A stretch of 64,000 bases of DNA from NCBI RefSeq assembly GCF_963921235.1, contig NC_086107.1, forward strand, positions 105,464,001 to 105,528,000, given 5' to 3'. Positions 51,699-62,509 of the stretch are shown here, piece by piece. This DNA comes from Mobula hypostoma. Its lineage: Eukaryota. The first letter of the stretch is position 1. Each line of letters starts with the position of its first letter. A program made the translations under genes and the position numbers. Below the pieces are notes generated by a model. It had not been told where the DNA came from. It was given only the letters and a program-made list of their open reading frames with translations, and searched no databases.

Positions 51699-54600
51699 TG
51701 TCTGTCTGCCTGCCTCTGTCCTGCTCTGCTCTGATTTAAATTGGCCTCCTGGGATCCTCCATCCAAGAGGACAGACAAGCTTTAGTTTAACATGTCATTG
51801 GGAAGGTGATCTCTTTCTCCCAAGTGATACAATGTGAAAACCCCCTCTTGCATTGGCACTGAGGACACCAAGGACACCAGTACTGTTGAGGTGGCTGCCT
51901 CATCATCAAGGACCCCCACCAGGCCGTGTTGTCTCCACACTGCTGCTGTCAGGAAGGAGGTACAGAAGCCTTGTGTCCCACACCACCAGTTCAGGAACAG
52001 TTATTACCCCTCAACCATTGGACTCCTGAACCAGGGTGGGTAACTTCATTCACCTCAACACTGAACTGATTCCACCACCTATGCACTCACTTACAGGACT
52101 CTTACCACTCATGTTCTCAATATTATTTATCAGTTATTTACTTATTATTATTTTGTTTTTCTTTTTGTACTTGTGCAGTTTGTTATCTTTTGCATACTGG
52201 TTATTTGTCCATCTTTGTGTGCAGTTTTTCATTGATTCTCTTGTGTTTCTTTGTATTTACTGTGAAGGCTCGCAAGAAAAAAAGAACCTTGGGGTAGTAT
52301 ATAGTGACGAAGGTGTCTGCCTGTCTACCTCTTCTTCCCACCTCCAACCCCTCCCAAAATAGACCCCTCTGGTCTGTCAAGTTGCACTGCCCAGCAATCT
52401 GTTGATTTAATCGTACCCTAACCACGGGACAATTTACAATGACCAGTTAAGCTACCGACCGGTACATCTTTGGACAGTGGGAAGAAACTGGAGCACCCAG
52501 AGGAAACCCACATGGGGAGAGTGTACAAGTTCCTCACAGGCAGTGATGGGAGTTGAACCCGGGTCGCCAGTACTGAAAAAACATTGTACTAATCACTACC
52601 CTACCGTGCCCCCCTACTTTGATAATAAATTTTACTTTGAACTTTGACACAGGTGTTCCTGCTATGCTTTAGTCGTCTGAGACAGCTCTCCGGGGCAGAC
52701 TGAGGAAGATGCCTCCTGTGAGACTGAGCAGATTGCCGATCGATGCTCGTAGGTTACGAGAGTTTCAGATTCTTGCTCAGCGGGCTACAACTTGGCAAGA
52801 AGCATGAATCACGGCATTGTTTTGTATCCCAGCTTGGACTTTGATGCCTTTGGTCGAGTACAAGCCTGTAATAACTGACGGTCGACCCCCAGCCCTCCCC
52901 TTCCTTCCCACAATTATTAAGAGGAGTCCCTGCCTGTTACCTGCTGCGGTTTAGGGCAGCAGTGAAGGTTCTTCATCTCTGGCAGTGTTCAAGGCTTCCT
53001 TCATTGTTTCAATAGCTTCCACTCGGTTTTCACTACTGTCAGTCACGCAAGCCTTGGATGGAGACTCAGGAATACTGTCGCACTCAGATAGAGAAGGACT
53101 CTTCATTGCTGTTTCCGTTTCAGTTTGTTTTACCATTCAGGGTTGTTGGTCTTGAGCTGAATCCCTGAACCTGGAGGATCGCTAGGCCACTCTTAGTCCA
53201 TTCTCTACCCTTTGACCTTTTTGGCATGGGTGACGCTACCAAGAGCCAAAGCATAAAGCCCTGACTCCAGCCAACATAGCTCTTCAGGTCACTGAGGCAT
53301 GCAAGCCTCCAAACCACGACAAGATTGTGGAGGAATTAAGAGGAGAATATAAAATAAATCAAAACAAATTGCTTTTGATTTTACAAAAAACAAAAGGTCA
53401 CCTTCCCAATGACATGTTAAACTAAAGCTTGTCTGTCCTCTTGGACGGAGAGTCCCAGGAGGCCAATTTAAATCAGAGCAGGACAGAGACAGAGACACAC
53501 AAATTGGTGGTTTTGCATTGTGCAGCAGGCCTGAGCCTGAGGTGGAGAGAAGCGATCGAAAGCAGACTTGTTTTCAAAGTAGCTCCGATTTGACCTCGTA
53601 CGGCTGGAAGCAATTAATCAGCCATTGTGCAACAGATCTTGTGTTTCCATGTCTCTGTTTTTTTTGAAACTGCTGCGGGACTGTGCGATAATGAGCCCAG
53701 AACAAACGAAGCCCTGCTTCTTTGCGAGGCCAGACCCTGAGTCATGCAGGGTCCTGGAGCTGAGTCTGTATGTTGGAAGCTTTGAAGTCCGCGCAGCGCT
53801 TGAAGTGAGTGCTTCTCTTGTGCTGCATGCTGAGCCCGCATTCCAGCTGCTGGCAGCCCTGCTTAAGGTACACAGGGGTGCCCAACCTTGCTCCCGACTT
53901 GGGGTGCAGCAGTTAGCTTCAGCACCCATGTTCTCAGATAGGACGTGATAGCATTGAAGAGAATCCATAGGAGGTTCTCAAGAATAGGGTTGACATATGA
54001 GGAACATTTGATGGCTCAGGGCCTTAACTCGGTGGTTAGAAGAATGAGGGTGGGATCTCATTGAAACCTATTGAATATTGAAAGTCCTAGATAGAATGGA
54101 TGTGGAAAGTATGTTTCCTGTAGTGGGGGAGTCACAGACCAGAGGGCACAGCCTCAGAATATAAGCCAGAGGGGAGTGGAGGCCAAGTCATTGGGTAAAT
54201 TTAAAGCAGAGCTTGATAGGTTCTAGGTTAGTAAGGGTGTCAACGTATACGGGGAGAAGGCAGGAGAATGGGGTTGAGAGGGATAATAAATCAACCATTA
54301 TAGAATGATGGAGCAGATTCAATGGGCCGAGTGGCATAATTTTACTCCTATATGTTATGATCTTGCTGCTCATTGAAGTGATGGGGTGAAATGGGATCAG
54401 TGCATTGCAGACTGCGCTCCCATTTAGGATTAAAGAATAGTTACTTTAGTCCATGTCCGAGCTACCCATCAAGTCCCACTTTCCTACCTTCTCACTGTGG
54501 CTTTTAAGTTTTTCTTTTCAGGACTTACCTAGCTCTCCTTTGAATGCTCCAGTTGTATCTGCCTCCACTACAGTCTCTGGCAGGAATTGCAGATCCTGGG

Positions 54601-57600
54601 TTTTTAAACACAAAACCTTTTCAATATTATTTTCGTTTCTTTTGCCAATCTCTTCAATCTGTGTTCTTAGTTCTTGATCCCTCCACAAGTAGAAAACGGA
54701 TCTCATGGTTCACCTAGGTCTTCTGGTTGGGGAGAGCTCTGAATGATTTTGTGGGGACGTACTCATCTATGACTGTTTTTATAAAGTCCATGGCAACCAT
54801 GGTGTTTTCGTTCAGATCCACAGATGAGTGTTTGAACATGGCCCGGTCCATTGTCTGTAAGCAATCCCAGCAGTTTTTATCTGTTGATAGTATTTGTAGC
54901 CTTCATGGCTTTAATGCCTCTAGCAGACCATCTCACAAGCTCCATTTTGTAGAGAGGTCTGTGAAATTATCAGAGGTATAGATAGGGTAAAGGCAAGCAG
55001 GCTTTTTCCACCAAGCTTGAGTGAGACTAGAACTAGAGGTCATAGGTTAAGGGTGAAAGATGAAATGTTTAAGAGGAATATGTAGGGCAGTGAGCGTGTG
55101 GATCGAGCTGCCACTGGAAGTGGTGGACGTGGATCTGATTGTAACATTTAAGAGTGGCTTGGGGTGTATCCATGGAGTGTACATGGATGGGGTGGAGTAT
55201 TGAGGTCTATGGTCCAGATGCAAGACAATGGGAATAGGCAATAATAGTTCAGCATGGACTAGATGGGCTGAAGAGCCTGCTTCTGTGCTGCAGTGCTCTA
55301 TGACTCTTGCACTCCGGGGAGATCCAATCTTGGCCGCTGTCTATCCATGTAATTCAAGTCACTTATCCTTGCAATCATTTTCATAAATATCATCTGTAGC
55401 CTCTCCAAAGACTTTATGTCTTTCTTGCAGCATGGCCACTGGAACTGGGCACAGTCTGCATGGTGCGGATGAACCTGTATGTTTTATAAGGGCACGTCGT
55501 GACTTCCTTGCCTTTGTATGTTTGGAGTGCTGGGGGCGGTTTGGTGCAGCTTCCGAGCCGGAGCTGGTGCTGCCCCCTCGTGGTCGCTCAGCAGAAGACG
55601 AGCCGTATTGTGTTGGATTGCAGACTCCTGCAACGTTTATAGAATCAGGGTCTTGTGCTTGCGGTCCTATATGTGCTTGTTGTCTTTATGTGCTATACAT
55701 CCCTTGTGCTGTGTATGACCATTTGTATTGTGTTTTACACCTTGACCCCAGCGTAACGCTGTTTTGTTTGACTGTATTCCCTGGTAGTCATGTATGGTTG
55801 AATGACAATTGAACTTGAATTTGAAGGTCCTTGATCCCATATGGTCTTTCATCCACTTCCTCAACTTGCCCTGTGTACTCACAGATCAGTTTCTTCTGCC
55901 ACTTTCTGAATTATTGTCTCTAGTTTATAATGCCTCTTCTCATTCGTAAGATCTCTCTCACTAATCTACCTCCTGGCACTCTTCCCTCCTCCATTCAATG
56001 CCCCAGACAATTCTTCCAGGTGAGGCACCACTTCACCTGTAAATCTTTAGTGGCTGTCTAATGTATCTGGTGCTCTCGATGCAGCCTCCTCTACATTGGT
56101 GAGACCTGACGTAGATTGGGGGACCACTTTGATGAGCACCTTCGATCCATCTGCAAAAAGTAGGATTTGCCAGTGGCTAACCATTTTAATTCCAGTCCGC
56201 ATTTCCATTACGAAATATCGGTCCATGGCCTCCTCTAATGCCACGATGAGCCTACTGTCAGGTTGGAGGAGCAACACCTTGTATTCCATCCAGGTAGCCG
56301 CCAACCATGGACATTGATTTCTCCAACTTCCAGTAGTTTTCCCTATTCTCCGATTTCCTACTTTGGGTCTCCTGTTACTTCTTCTCTTCTCCTCATCTGC
56401 CTATCACCTCCCCGTCCTTGCAGTTCTGCCATTGTACATTCTGTTCTCTTGTGAAATTCCTTCTCCAGCCCTTTGCCTTTTCCACCTATTGCCTCCCTCA
56501 GCTTCTAACTTCATCCCCTCCCCACCTGGCCTTCTTGGCCCAAAACATCGACTGTTTATTCATTTCCATGGATGCTGCCCAACCCACTGAGTTCCTCCAG
56601 CATTTTGTGTGTGTGTGTTGCTCTTGTATTCTGTTTGATATTTTCCATATTTGGCCCCCATACATACTTGCCCTTCTTGAATGAGTCCAGCAATGTTGCG
56701 TTCATCCTTGGGTCAGAAACAGACTGATCAAGAAAGTTCTGAATGCACTTTAAAGAACTCCTCTCCCTTGTAAATGTTATTATGATCTAACTTGTGTAGT
56801 TGTAAGCAGACCAGTTTCTTTAGGTTGATTTCAAGTGTACAAGAGGGGAAATTTCTTCACCCAGAGGCTCGTATTGCCAGTGCCAGTGGTGCGTGCAAGC
56901 TTGATTTCAACGTTTAAGAGAAGTTTGGATGGTAGGGGTATGGAGAGCTATGATCCTGGTGAAGGTTGATGGGAGTAAGCAGTTTAAATGGTTTGGCACA
57001 GACTAGTTGGCCCGAACGGCCTGTTTCTGTGCTGTACTTTTCTGTGACACTGTCACCCTGCTTCACTACTTTGTGGCTTTTGTTCATCCATGTAAGTTTT
57101 CAGCAAATTTGCTCCTCAATATCGTTCTCACAAGTTGGCAGTTTATCAAACACTGGCTATTCATAATTATTAGCAGATTCTGGCCTTGATTGTTCTGATG
57201 CTGTTGTATCCAGTGCTGCAGTATTCTCGATCAATACTGTGACCAGTTCCCACCTTGTTCTTCTCAGTGTGTGAAGTTTGTTGGCTGATACTAATGCCAG
57301 GGTAACCCATACAAACTTTGGCACTGAGCCACACAGAATATCAGTGATGAATATCAAAGAAACTGCAGATGATGTAAAGATGAAAGTAAACAATATGATG
57401 ATGTGCTTAGCATGAGAGGTAACACCTGTGGAAGCAGAAACAATTTAACATTTCATGTCTGAGACACTTTGTCAGAATGTTGTGACAAAGCAATCAGACC
57501 TGAAATATTAATTTGGTTCTTTTTTTAATCCAGCATTTTCTGTTTCAACTGTGAGCAATTTGAAACTCCTGGGACTGCACATCTTGCACAACCTCCCACA

Positions 57601-58513
57601 GTCCCAGAACACATCCTACACAATCAAGAAAGCTCACCAACACCTCTACTTCATGAGGAGGCTGAAGATTATGCACATCAATCTTTCTAAAGACACACAG
57701 CAGAGAGAATCCAAACATGCTGCTTCACTGTGGCAGACAGGAAGTCAAAGCTTCCCAATTCATCACTGGCACCAGCCTACCCTCCATCAAGGACGTATAT
57801 ACAGAAAGGTGCTGGAAAATCCACCCATCTTGCTCATGGGCTGCTTGTTCCACTCCCATCAGGGAGGAGACTATGTAGTGTCCACATCAGGACCACCAGA
57901 CTCAAAATCAATTACTTTCCCCAACCAGTAAGGCTGATCAACACCTCCATCCACTAATCTACCCCACCACTACTTTATCATCTCCCGTCAGTCACTGTGC
58001 CTGTGCCTTTATGTACATACAATCAATCTATGTATATAAACTATCATATGTATTTGTATTTATTGTAGATTTTTTTTATTATTGTGTTCTTTACCTTGTT
58101 TTTTCTGTGCTGTATCAGACCCCGAGTAACAATTACTCCGTCCTCCTTCACACTTGTGTACTGGAATTAATGTTAAACGATCTTGAATCTTCACTCTGGT
58201 GAGGAATTTGAGTTGAAGATGAGGTTTAACTAACCCTTTAATAGTAATGAGGGAGACATCTAGTTGGAGAACTTCAGAGCAGGAGAAAGAAATGGTGAAA
58301 AATAGGAGGTAACTGCTGGTACTGTAATTGTATGTTCAGAGGTTGTAAGACTTCCTGCTATTTATTGCTCTTGCCAATTTCAGATATGACGTGGAGTTGT
58401 TCCAGAGGATCGAGCATCTGATTGGGAAGAAGCTCCCAGCATTTCCCACGCAAGAGGACGAGGTCATGATGTTGGTGGAACGTGTGTCGGAGGCACAGAG
58501 AATCGCACGACTG
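24727..58513 (+). CDS. ddx47: ATP-dependent DEAD-box RNA helicase DDX47 (Rrp3 family), spliced CDS exons 1-11; terminal exon not in window
   Basis: Eleven GT-AG exons (96,94,189,72,119,72,117,147,138,71,130 nt) join in frame. The product has the Q motif, [38 protein letters not shown] and [10 protein letters not shown], and closely follows vertebrate DDX47 as I recall it. Confidence 0.97.
25225..29400 (-). mobile_element. Long degenerate CR1 LINE (ORF1 esterase-like region, ORF2 RT) with nested insertions, in ddx47 intron 1
   Basis: [45 protein letters not shown] (ORF1) and LFKK...[20 protein letters not shown] (RT); CR1-type 3' end near 25225-25450. Confidence 0.8.
28583..28736 (-). mobile_element. 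Short Penelope pLTR insertion with hammerhead motif
   Basis: 14-bp TSD CTTCCTACAATGAT (28569-28582, 28737-28750); minus strand reads CAGTC-CTGACGA-AGG...CCT-GAAA-CATT-GACTG. Confidence 0.85.
29425..29937 (-). mobile_element. Second Harbinger-derived element, related to 747-1463, retaining one TIR
   Basis: GCAGAAGTATAAATCAGGCT end; internal block is the reverse complement of ~1205-1400. Confidence 0.75.
30081..30174 (+). CDS. ddx47: ddx47 exon 2 ([32 protein letters not shown] motif)
   Basis: Acceptor tattgtag, donor AAG|GTGAGA, 94 nt. Confidence 0.96.
30815..31547 (-). mobile_element. hAT (Charlie/Buster-like) deletion derivative retaining the C-terminal dimerisation domain
   Basis: TIRs CAGGGGTCCCCACC / GGTTGGAGACCACTG; 8-bp [53 protein letters not shown]...KTKLRNRLD. 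Confidence 0.88.
32285..32791 (-). mobile_element. Tc1-like transposon left end
   Basis: Minus strand TA|CAGTTGCAAGAAAAAGTTTGTGAAC terminus followed by degenerate [15 protein letters not shown]. Confidence 0.75.
32960..33738. mobile_element. Penelope pLTR insertion with partial inverted duplication, intact hammerhead motif at 33606-33643
   Basis: 14-bp TSD AATAGAGTTCTTCC / AATAGAATTCTTCC; rearranged antisense arm followed by sense arm. Confidence 0.8.
33606..33643 (+). ncRNA. Minimal type I hammerhead ribozyme motif (Penelope-associated)
   Basis: TAGTC-CTGACGA-AGGGC-CTC-GCCCT-GAAA-CGTC^GACTG: stem I AGTC/GACT, intact core, 5-bp stem II, palindromic ACGT in place of stem III. Confidence 0.75.
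34589..34777 (+). CDS. ddx47: ddx47 exon 3 ([14 protein letters not shown]...[24 protein letters not shown])
   Basis: Walker A and motif Ia; acceptor gttcag, donor G|GTCAGT; 189 nt. Confidence 0.97.
35182..35253 (+). CDS. ddx47: ddx47 exon 4 ([23 protein letters not shown])
   Basis: Acceptor ttttcccttgcag, donor TAG|GTGAGT; 72 nt. Confidence 0.96.
35433..36035 (-). mobile_element. Probable solo LTR in ddx47 intron 4
   Basis: TGTTAG...CTAACA ends; flanks ACGC/ACTC; TTTATT near 35517. Confidence 0.6.
38295..38413 (+). CDS. ddx47: ddx47 exon 5 ([39 protein letters not shown])
   Basis: DEAD motif; acceptor ctctttcag, donor GAA|GTATGT; 119 nt. Confidence 0.97.
40009..40960. mobile_element. Palindromic (inverted pLTR) Penelope-like insertion
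   Basis: Arms 40050-40500 and 40508-40960 are near-perfect reverse complements with a 7-nt spacer; 13-bp TSD AGCTTAATTGGGA (39996-40008, 40961-40973). Confidence 0.92.
40864..40901 (+). ncRNA. Minimal hammerhead ribozyme motif; mirror copy on minus strand at ~40109-40146
   Basis: TAGTC-CTGACGA-AGG-GTCTCGG-CCT-GAAA-CGTC^GACTG. Confidence 0.72.
41563..42401. mobile_element. Tc1/mariner-superfamily (pogo-like) non-autonomous element carrying an rDNA fragment
   Basis: TA|CAGGTCGACCTTCACTAATCCG ... CGGATTATAGAAGGTCGACCTG|TA: 22-bp TIRs with 2 mismatches and a TA duplication. Confidence 0.9.
41885..41979 (+). pseudogene. 28S rRNA 5'-end fragment preceded by GC-rich ITS2-like sequence (~41785-41884)
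   Basis: CGACCTCAGATCAGACG..GACCCACTGAATTTAAGCATATTACTAAGCAGAGGAAAAGAAAC..GGATTCCCTCAGTAACTGCGAGTG matches the conserved start of eukaryotic LSU rRNA with several substitutions. Confidence 0.9.
43751..43822 (+). CDS. ddx47: ddx47 exon 6 ([24 protein letters not shown])
   Basis: SAT motif; acceptor ttttccgtag, donor AAG|GTAAAG; 72 nt. Confidence 0.96.
44210..44244. repeat. (CT)n microsatellite
   Basis: Visible in sequence. Confidence 0.9.
44642..44758 (+). CDS. ddx47: ddx47 exon 7 ([39 protein letters not shown])
   Basis: Acceptor aatcag, donor AAG|GTAACG; 117 nt. Confidence 0.96.
45385..45531 (+). CDS. ddx47: ddx47 exon 8 ([49 protein letters not shown])
   Basis: Acceptor ttttctctag, donor CAG|GTAGGC; 147 nt. 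Confidence 0.96.
45626..45763 (+). CDS. ddx47: ddx47 exon 9 ([46 protein letters not shown])
   Basis: Motif V; acceptor ttgcag, donor AAG|GTAAGC; 138 nt. Confidence 0.97.
46145..46224. mobile_element. 80-bp hAT MITE; related copy at ~43313-43396
   Basis: TIRs CAGAGGTTCCCA / TGGGAACCACTG; 8-bp TSD GTCTAAAT/GTCTAGAT. Confidence 0.8.
46610..47250 (+). mobile_element. CR1 LINE 3' fragment
   Basis: [23 protein letters not shown]...[10 protein letters not shown] (CR1 ORF2). Confidence 0.8.
48015..48880 (-). mobile_element. Rex1/Babar-like LINE, 5'-truncated, 231-aa open RT C-terminal region
   Basis: [55 protein letters not shown]; short tandem tail at ~48017-48031. Confidence 0.88.
49041..49111 (+). 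CDS. ddx47: ddx47 exon 10 ([24 protein letters not shown])
   Basis: Motif VI; acceptor ttttgcag, donor CA|GTAAGT; 71 nt. Confidence 0.97.
51667..51697. repeat. (TG)n microsatellite
   Basis: Visible in sequence. Confidence 0.9.
51712..53495. repeat. Pair of ~100-bp inverted repeats (about 51712-51809 and 53397-53495)
   Basis: CTCTGATTTAAATTGGCCTCCTGGGA...AGCTTTAGTTTAACATGTCATTGGGAAGGTGA and its reverse complement. Confidence 0.85.
55950..56620 (+). mobile_element. Penelope-like element 3' fragment
   Basis: Degenerate GIY-YIG ([16 protein letters not shown]) followed by pLTR-like tail. Confidence 0.75.
58384..58513 (+). CDS. ddx47: ddx47 exon 11 ([43 protein letters not shown])
   Basis: Acceptor tttcag, donor CTG|GTGTGT; 130 nt, in phase with exon 10. 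Confidence 0.95.
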
Positions 58514-59269
58514 GTGTGTGGGGTACTGGGTTTAATATGGGGGAGATGGGCATTTGATTTCCTTAAAATTACTCCTAGTCCTCTAGAGTAACAACCGTTG
58601 ATCCAACAGGAGATTCTGAACTTCAACATTTGAATGGTCTGTTGAGCACTTTTTACTGAGATTTGGGTACTGACCTGCGGTAAGCGGATGATGATGAATT
58701 CGCTGTTGAGTGGAACTTGGCTGTCAGTCGGTACTAGTGGCAAGCTGCTCTTTGTGAAGTACAGTCTCTGTCCTCACTACTTCCGGCTGCCAAAACACAG
58801 CTCAGTACAGGCCCTTCGACCTGCGTTCAGTGGAAGAACATTGTATCGTTATCTGAGGGAGGGTGGGTGGTTGTAATGGGAACGAGATTTCCCTGCCCAT
58901 CTTCGACCTGGAGCCAGTTCTTAGGACTTGCAAGTCCTCTCCTGCTCGTTTCACTGTACTCCCACCTCTGGTTGTGTCTTTCACATTCTTTATACAATGT
59001 GTACACAGGGATTGTGATGGAGGGCTCAAACATCAGTCAATCCTGAATGTCAAGGTTTTTTTTAAAGAGGAATTTGAATAGGTACGTGGATGGGAGGGGT
59101 AAAGAGGGCTATGGTCCAGGTGCAGGTCAATGGGAATAGGCAGGGTAGTAGCTTAGCACGGACTAGATGAACTAGAAGAGCCTATTTCTATGCTGTAGTG
59201 TTTTATGACTTGTGTCGCTTTAGTAATCTGTGGGGCCAACTCTTCAGTGCATGTCAAGTAAATAAATAC

Positions 59270-59815
59270 TTTATACTTTACTATACTTTATACTTTATTG
59301 TCGCCAAACAATTGATATTAGAATGTTCAATCATCATAGCGATATTTGATTCTGCGCTTCCCGCTCCTTGGATTACAAACCGATAGTAAGTATAAAAAAT
59401 TTAAATCATAAATCATAAATACAACATAGAAAAGTGGAAAATAAGGTAGTGCAAAAAAACCGAGAGGCAGGTCCGGATATTTGGAGGGTACGGCCCAGAT
59501 CCGGGTCAGGACCGTTCAGCAGTCTTATCACAGTTGGAAAGAAGCTGTTCCCAAATCTGGCCGTACGAGTCTTCAAGCTCCTGAGCCTTCTCCCGGAGGG
59601 AAGAGGGACGAAAAGTGTGTTGGCTGGGTGGGTCGTGTCCTTGATTATCCTGGCAGCACTGCTCCGACAGCGTGCGGTGTAAAGTGAGTCCAAGGACGAA
59701 AAATTGGCTTGTGTGATGTGCTGCGCCGTGTTCACGATCTTCTGCAGCTTCTTCTGGTCTTGGACAGGACAACTTCCGTACCAGGTTGTGATGCACCCTA
59801 GAAGAATGCTTTCTA
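59270..59815 (-). mobile_element. Rex1/Babar-like LINE 3' fragment; same 3' end at 17343-17427(+)
   Basis: [45 protein letters not shown]; (TATACTT)n tail. Confidence 0.82.
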
Positions 59816-60788
59816 GGACTTTGCATGGTTGATTGTGCTAGGACTGACTTTGTCCTGTCACCCAATTTGTTGTGTTCATACTGGGTGCCAGGGTAAATGA
59901 CCTCTAGGTTTTTTTTTTGTCTTTCTTTGTTTCACTGTAACAGTGATGGTACTTAGTCAGCCTTCTGAGACTCTGTTGCAATGGATCTGTGGCCAAGTTA
60001 AGGCTGGTCTGACAGGTTGCCCCAAAGACCATCCTTGAACCCGATTCGGCTTTTGATGACAGTGTAGTTGCTTCACATTATTAACTAAATTTAAATTTAC
60101 TTTAATAAGTCAACTTGGGGCACCATGGTAGTGTAGTAGTTAGCCAGGTGCTATTATAGCTCTGAGCGCTCGGAGTTCAATTGTGGCAATATCTGTAATG
60201 AGTTTGTATGTTTTTCCCGTGACTGTGTAGGTTTCCTCTGGGTTCACTAGTTTCCTTCCCCAGTCCCAAAGACGTACTGGTTAGTAGGTTAATTAGTCAA
60301 TGTAAGATGTCCTGTGATTAAGCTAGTGTTAAATGGGTAGGTTGCTGATAGGTGCATCTGGAAGGGCCTATATCTCTCAATATATAAAAAGAAAAATTAG
60401 TAATGCTGCAGCCTCGCAGCATTGGTGACTCAGGTTCATTCCAACCTCTGTTATTTGTGTGGCACTTGCATGTTCTACTTTTGAGCCCCCCCCCCCAAGG
60501 GTTTTGCCCCAGATGCTGTAATTTCTTCCCATGTCATCTCAAAGCCATGGGTGTTGGTGATTGAATGGGTCACTCTGTTGCCCCTAATGTGCAGGTTAAA
60601 CCGGGCGGGGGTGGGTGGAAAGGTAGGCGCAGTGTAAGATGGGATTCATGTTCAGTGGTGGACTGAGAGGCTTGTTTCTGTGTTGTATGGCTTGAGCTGA
60701 CATGGGGTTTGAACCCGCCTCTATGGGTTGTTAGGTTACTTGCAACGTGCGCCATTTTATCTTGCGTGAGGGTGACCTGTCCTATATG

Positions 60789-61461
60789 CACTCAGTATAG
60801 CCACTTTAATGCAAATATCTAATCAGCTGCAAACAGGAGGAAATCCGCAGATGCTGGAGGTCCGAACAACACACAATAAAATACTGGAGGAACTCAGCAG
60901 GCTAGGCAGCATCTATAGAAAAAAAGTACAGTCGGCGTTTTGAAAAGTACAGCCCACTGGGTTCCTCCAGCATTTTGTGTGTGTTTATCTAATCAGGCAG
61001 CAACTCATTCCTTAAAGGAATGCAGACGTGGTGTAGAGGTTCAGTTGTTATTTATACCAACTATCAGAATGGGGGAAGAAACGTGAACTAAGTGACTTTG
61101 ACCATGGGATGATTGTTGGTACCAGATGGGGTGGTTTGAGTATCTTGGAACCTGCTGATCTCCTGGGATTTTCATGCAAGACAGACTCTAGAACTTGAGA
61201 GAATGGTGTGAAAAACGAAAAAAAACAACGTCCAGCGAATGGGCGAAAACGCCGCCTTAGTGAGAGAGCTCAGAGGAGAATGGCCAGATTGGTTCAAGCT
61301 GACAGGGAAGTGACAGTAACTCAAGTATCTGTGTTACGGCAGTGGTGTGCAGAAGAGCATCTCTGAATGCACAACATGTCGAGCCTTGAAATGGATGGGC
61401 TACAGCAGCAAAAAGTGACACCCGGTTCCACTCCTGTACCTAATAGAGTGGCCACTGAGTG
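60789..61461. mobile_element. Tc1-like non-autonomous element containing a Penelope fold-back mini-insertion; related copy at ~43150-43645
   Basis: Ends CACTCAGT..GCCACTTTA / TAGAGTGGCCACTGAGTG; inner insertion flanked by TATCTAATCAG duplication. Confidence 0.65.
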
Positions 61462-62509
61462 TTGAGGAGTCCATAGGTACCACGGATCCTGACCCGAGTC
61501 ACTGTTCAGTGTCTCCTGACATGTAACTGTGTGAAGGAATGGAAATGGTTAAATACTTTGGTGAGCGCCCAAGTGACTGGTCATGGGTGTCTGATGGGGA
61601 ATGAACGTGGAGCTGAACCCCCAATGGCCTCAGAGTCTTAGGTGTGCCGAGCAAGAGGAGATGTTGTCTGCATGAACGCTGGAAGGCGTTCAGAATGTGC
61701 AGGCATTGTGTGATTAGTGCCAGCAAGCATAATAATTTGGGTGAAGTCATCGTCATCCTTCAACAGAAACTCTGGTATTCAGTACTTCTCCCAAAAAATG
61801 CATGCCAAGATTTTTGTTGCCAGCTTACATAACTTGCACTGGGCTGCAGACCAGGCTAGATTGAGTTAGCAAGACGAACAGATTTTGGGGAGCAGCAGCA
61901 CGGACCACTGGGTTCGATCTGTTTATGCACTTCACTGCCTTCCCAACTGCTCCAAGAAACAGTTCTGGGTTCTCCATATGCTGGAAGAGTTCAGCTTAGG
62001 ACACAGTGCAGACATTGTAATTTGATCGTAGCTCTGGGGGTTATTGACATCTTAACCAAAAATAAAAACATGCTGGTGATTTGTATATCGACCAAAACAT
62101 TTCTCTTCCTGTAGAATCCAGAATTGGAGCTTACTGCATCATCTCAGTCCGTGAGTAGAATGGTTGTGGTGTGGTAATTAATGTTGCTTATTTTGTTAGG
62201 TAATTTTCTAATTTTAATTCTTAACAGCCTCTGAACTGTTCCAGCAAACCACTCATTGAGGGGTGAGCAATACACTTCTATTTTGCCAATGATGCCTACC
62301 ACCTGGGAATGTATATAGTTCATCCATCATTACCCTTCATCCGTTGGGCTCCTGAACCAGCATGGATGACGTCACTCACCTCAACTCTAAACTGATTCCA
62401 CAACCTACACAACTAACTTTCAAGGACTCTGCAACACATTTTCTCAGTGTTGTTTTAGTGTATTTAAACAGTTTGTCTTTTGCACATCAATTGTTTGTCA
62501 TAGTCATGA

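Noticed and set aside
57340..58760. C/D-box snoRNA candidates from TGATGA motifs (near 57344, 57395, 58689)
   Set aside because: I could not identify a suitably spaced CTGA box with a terminal stem or a guide sequence.
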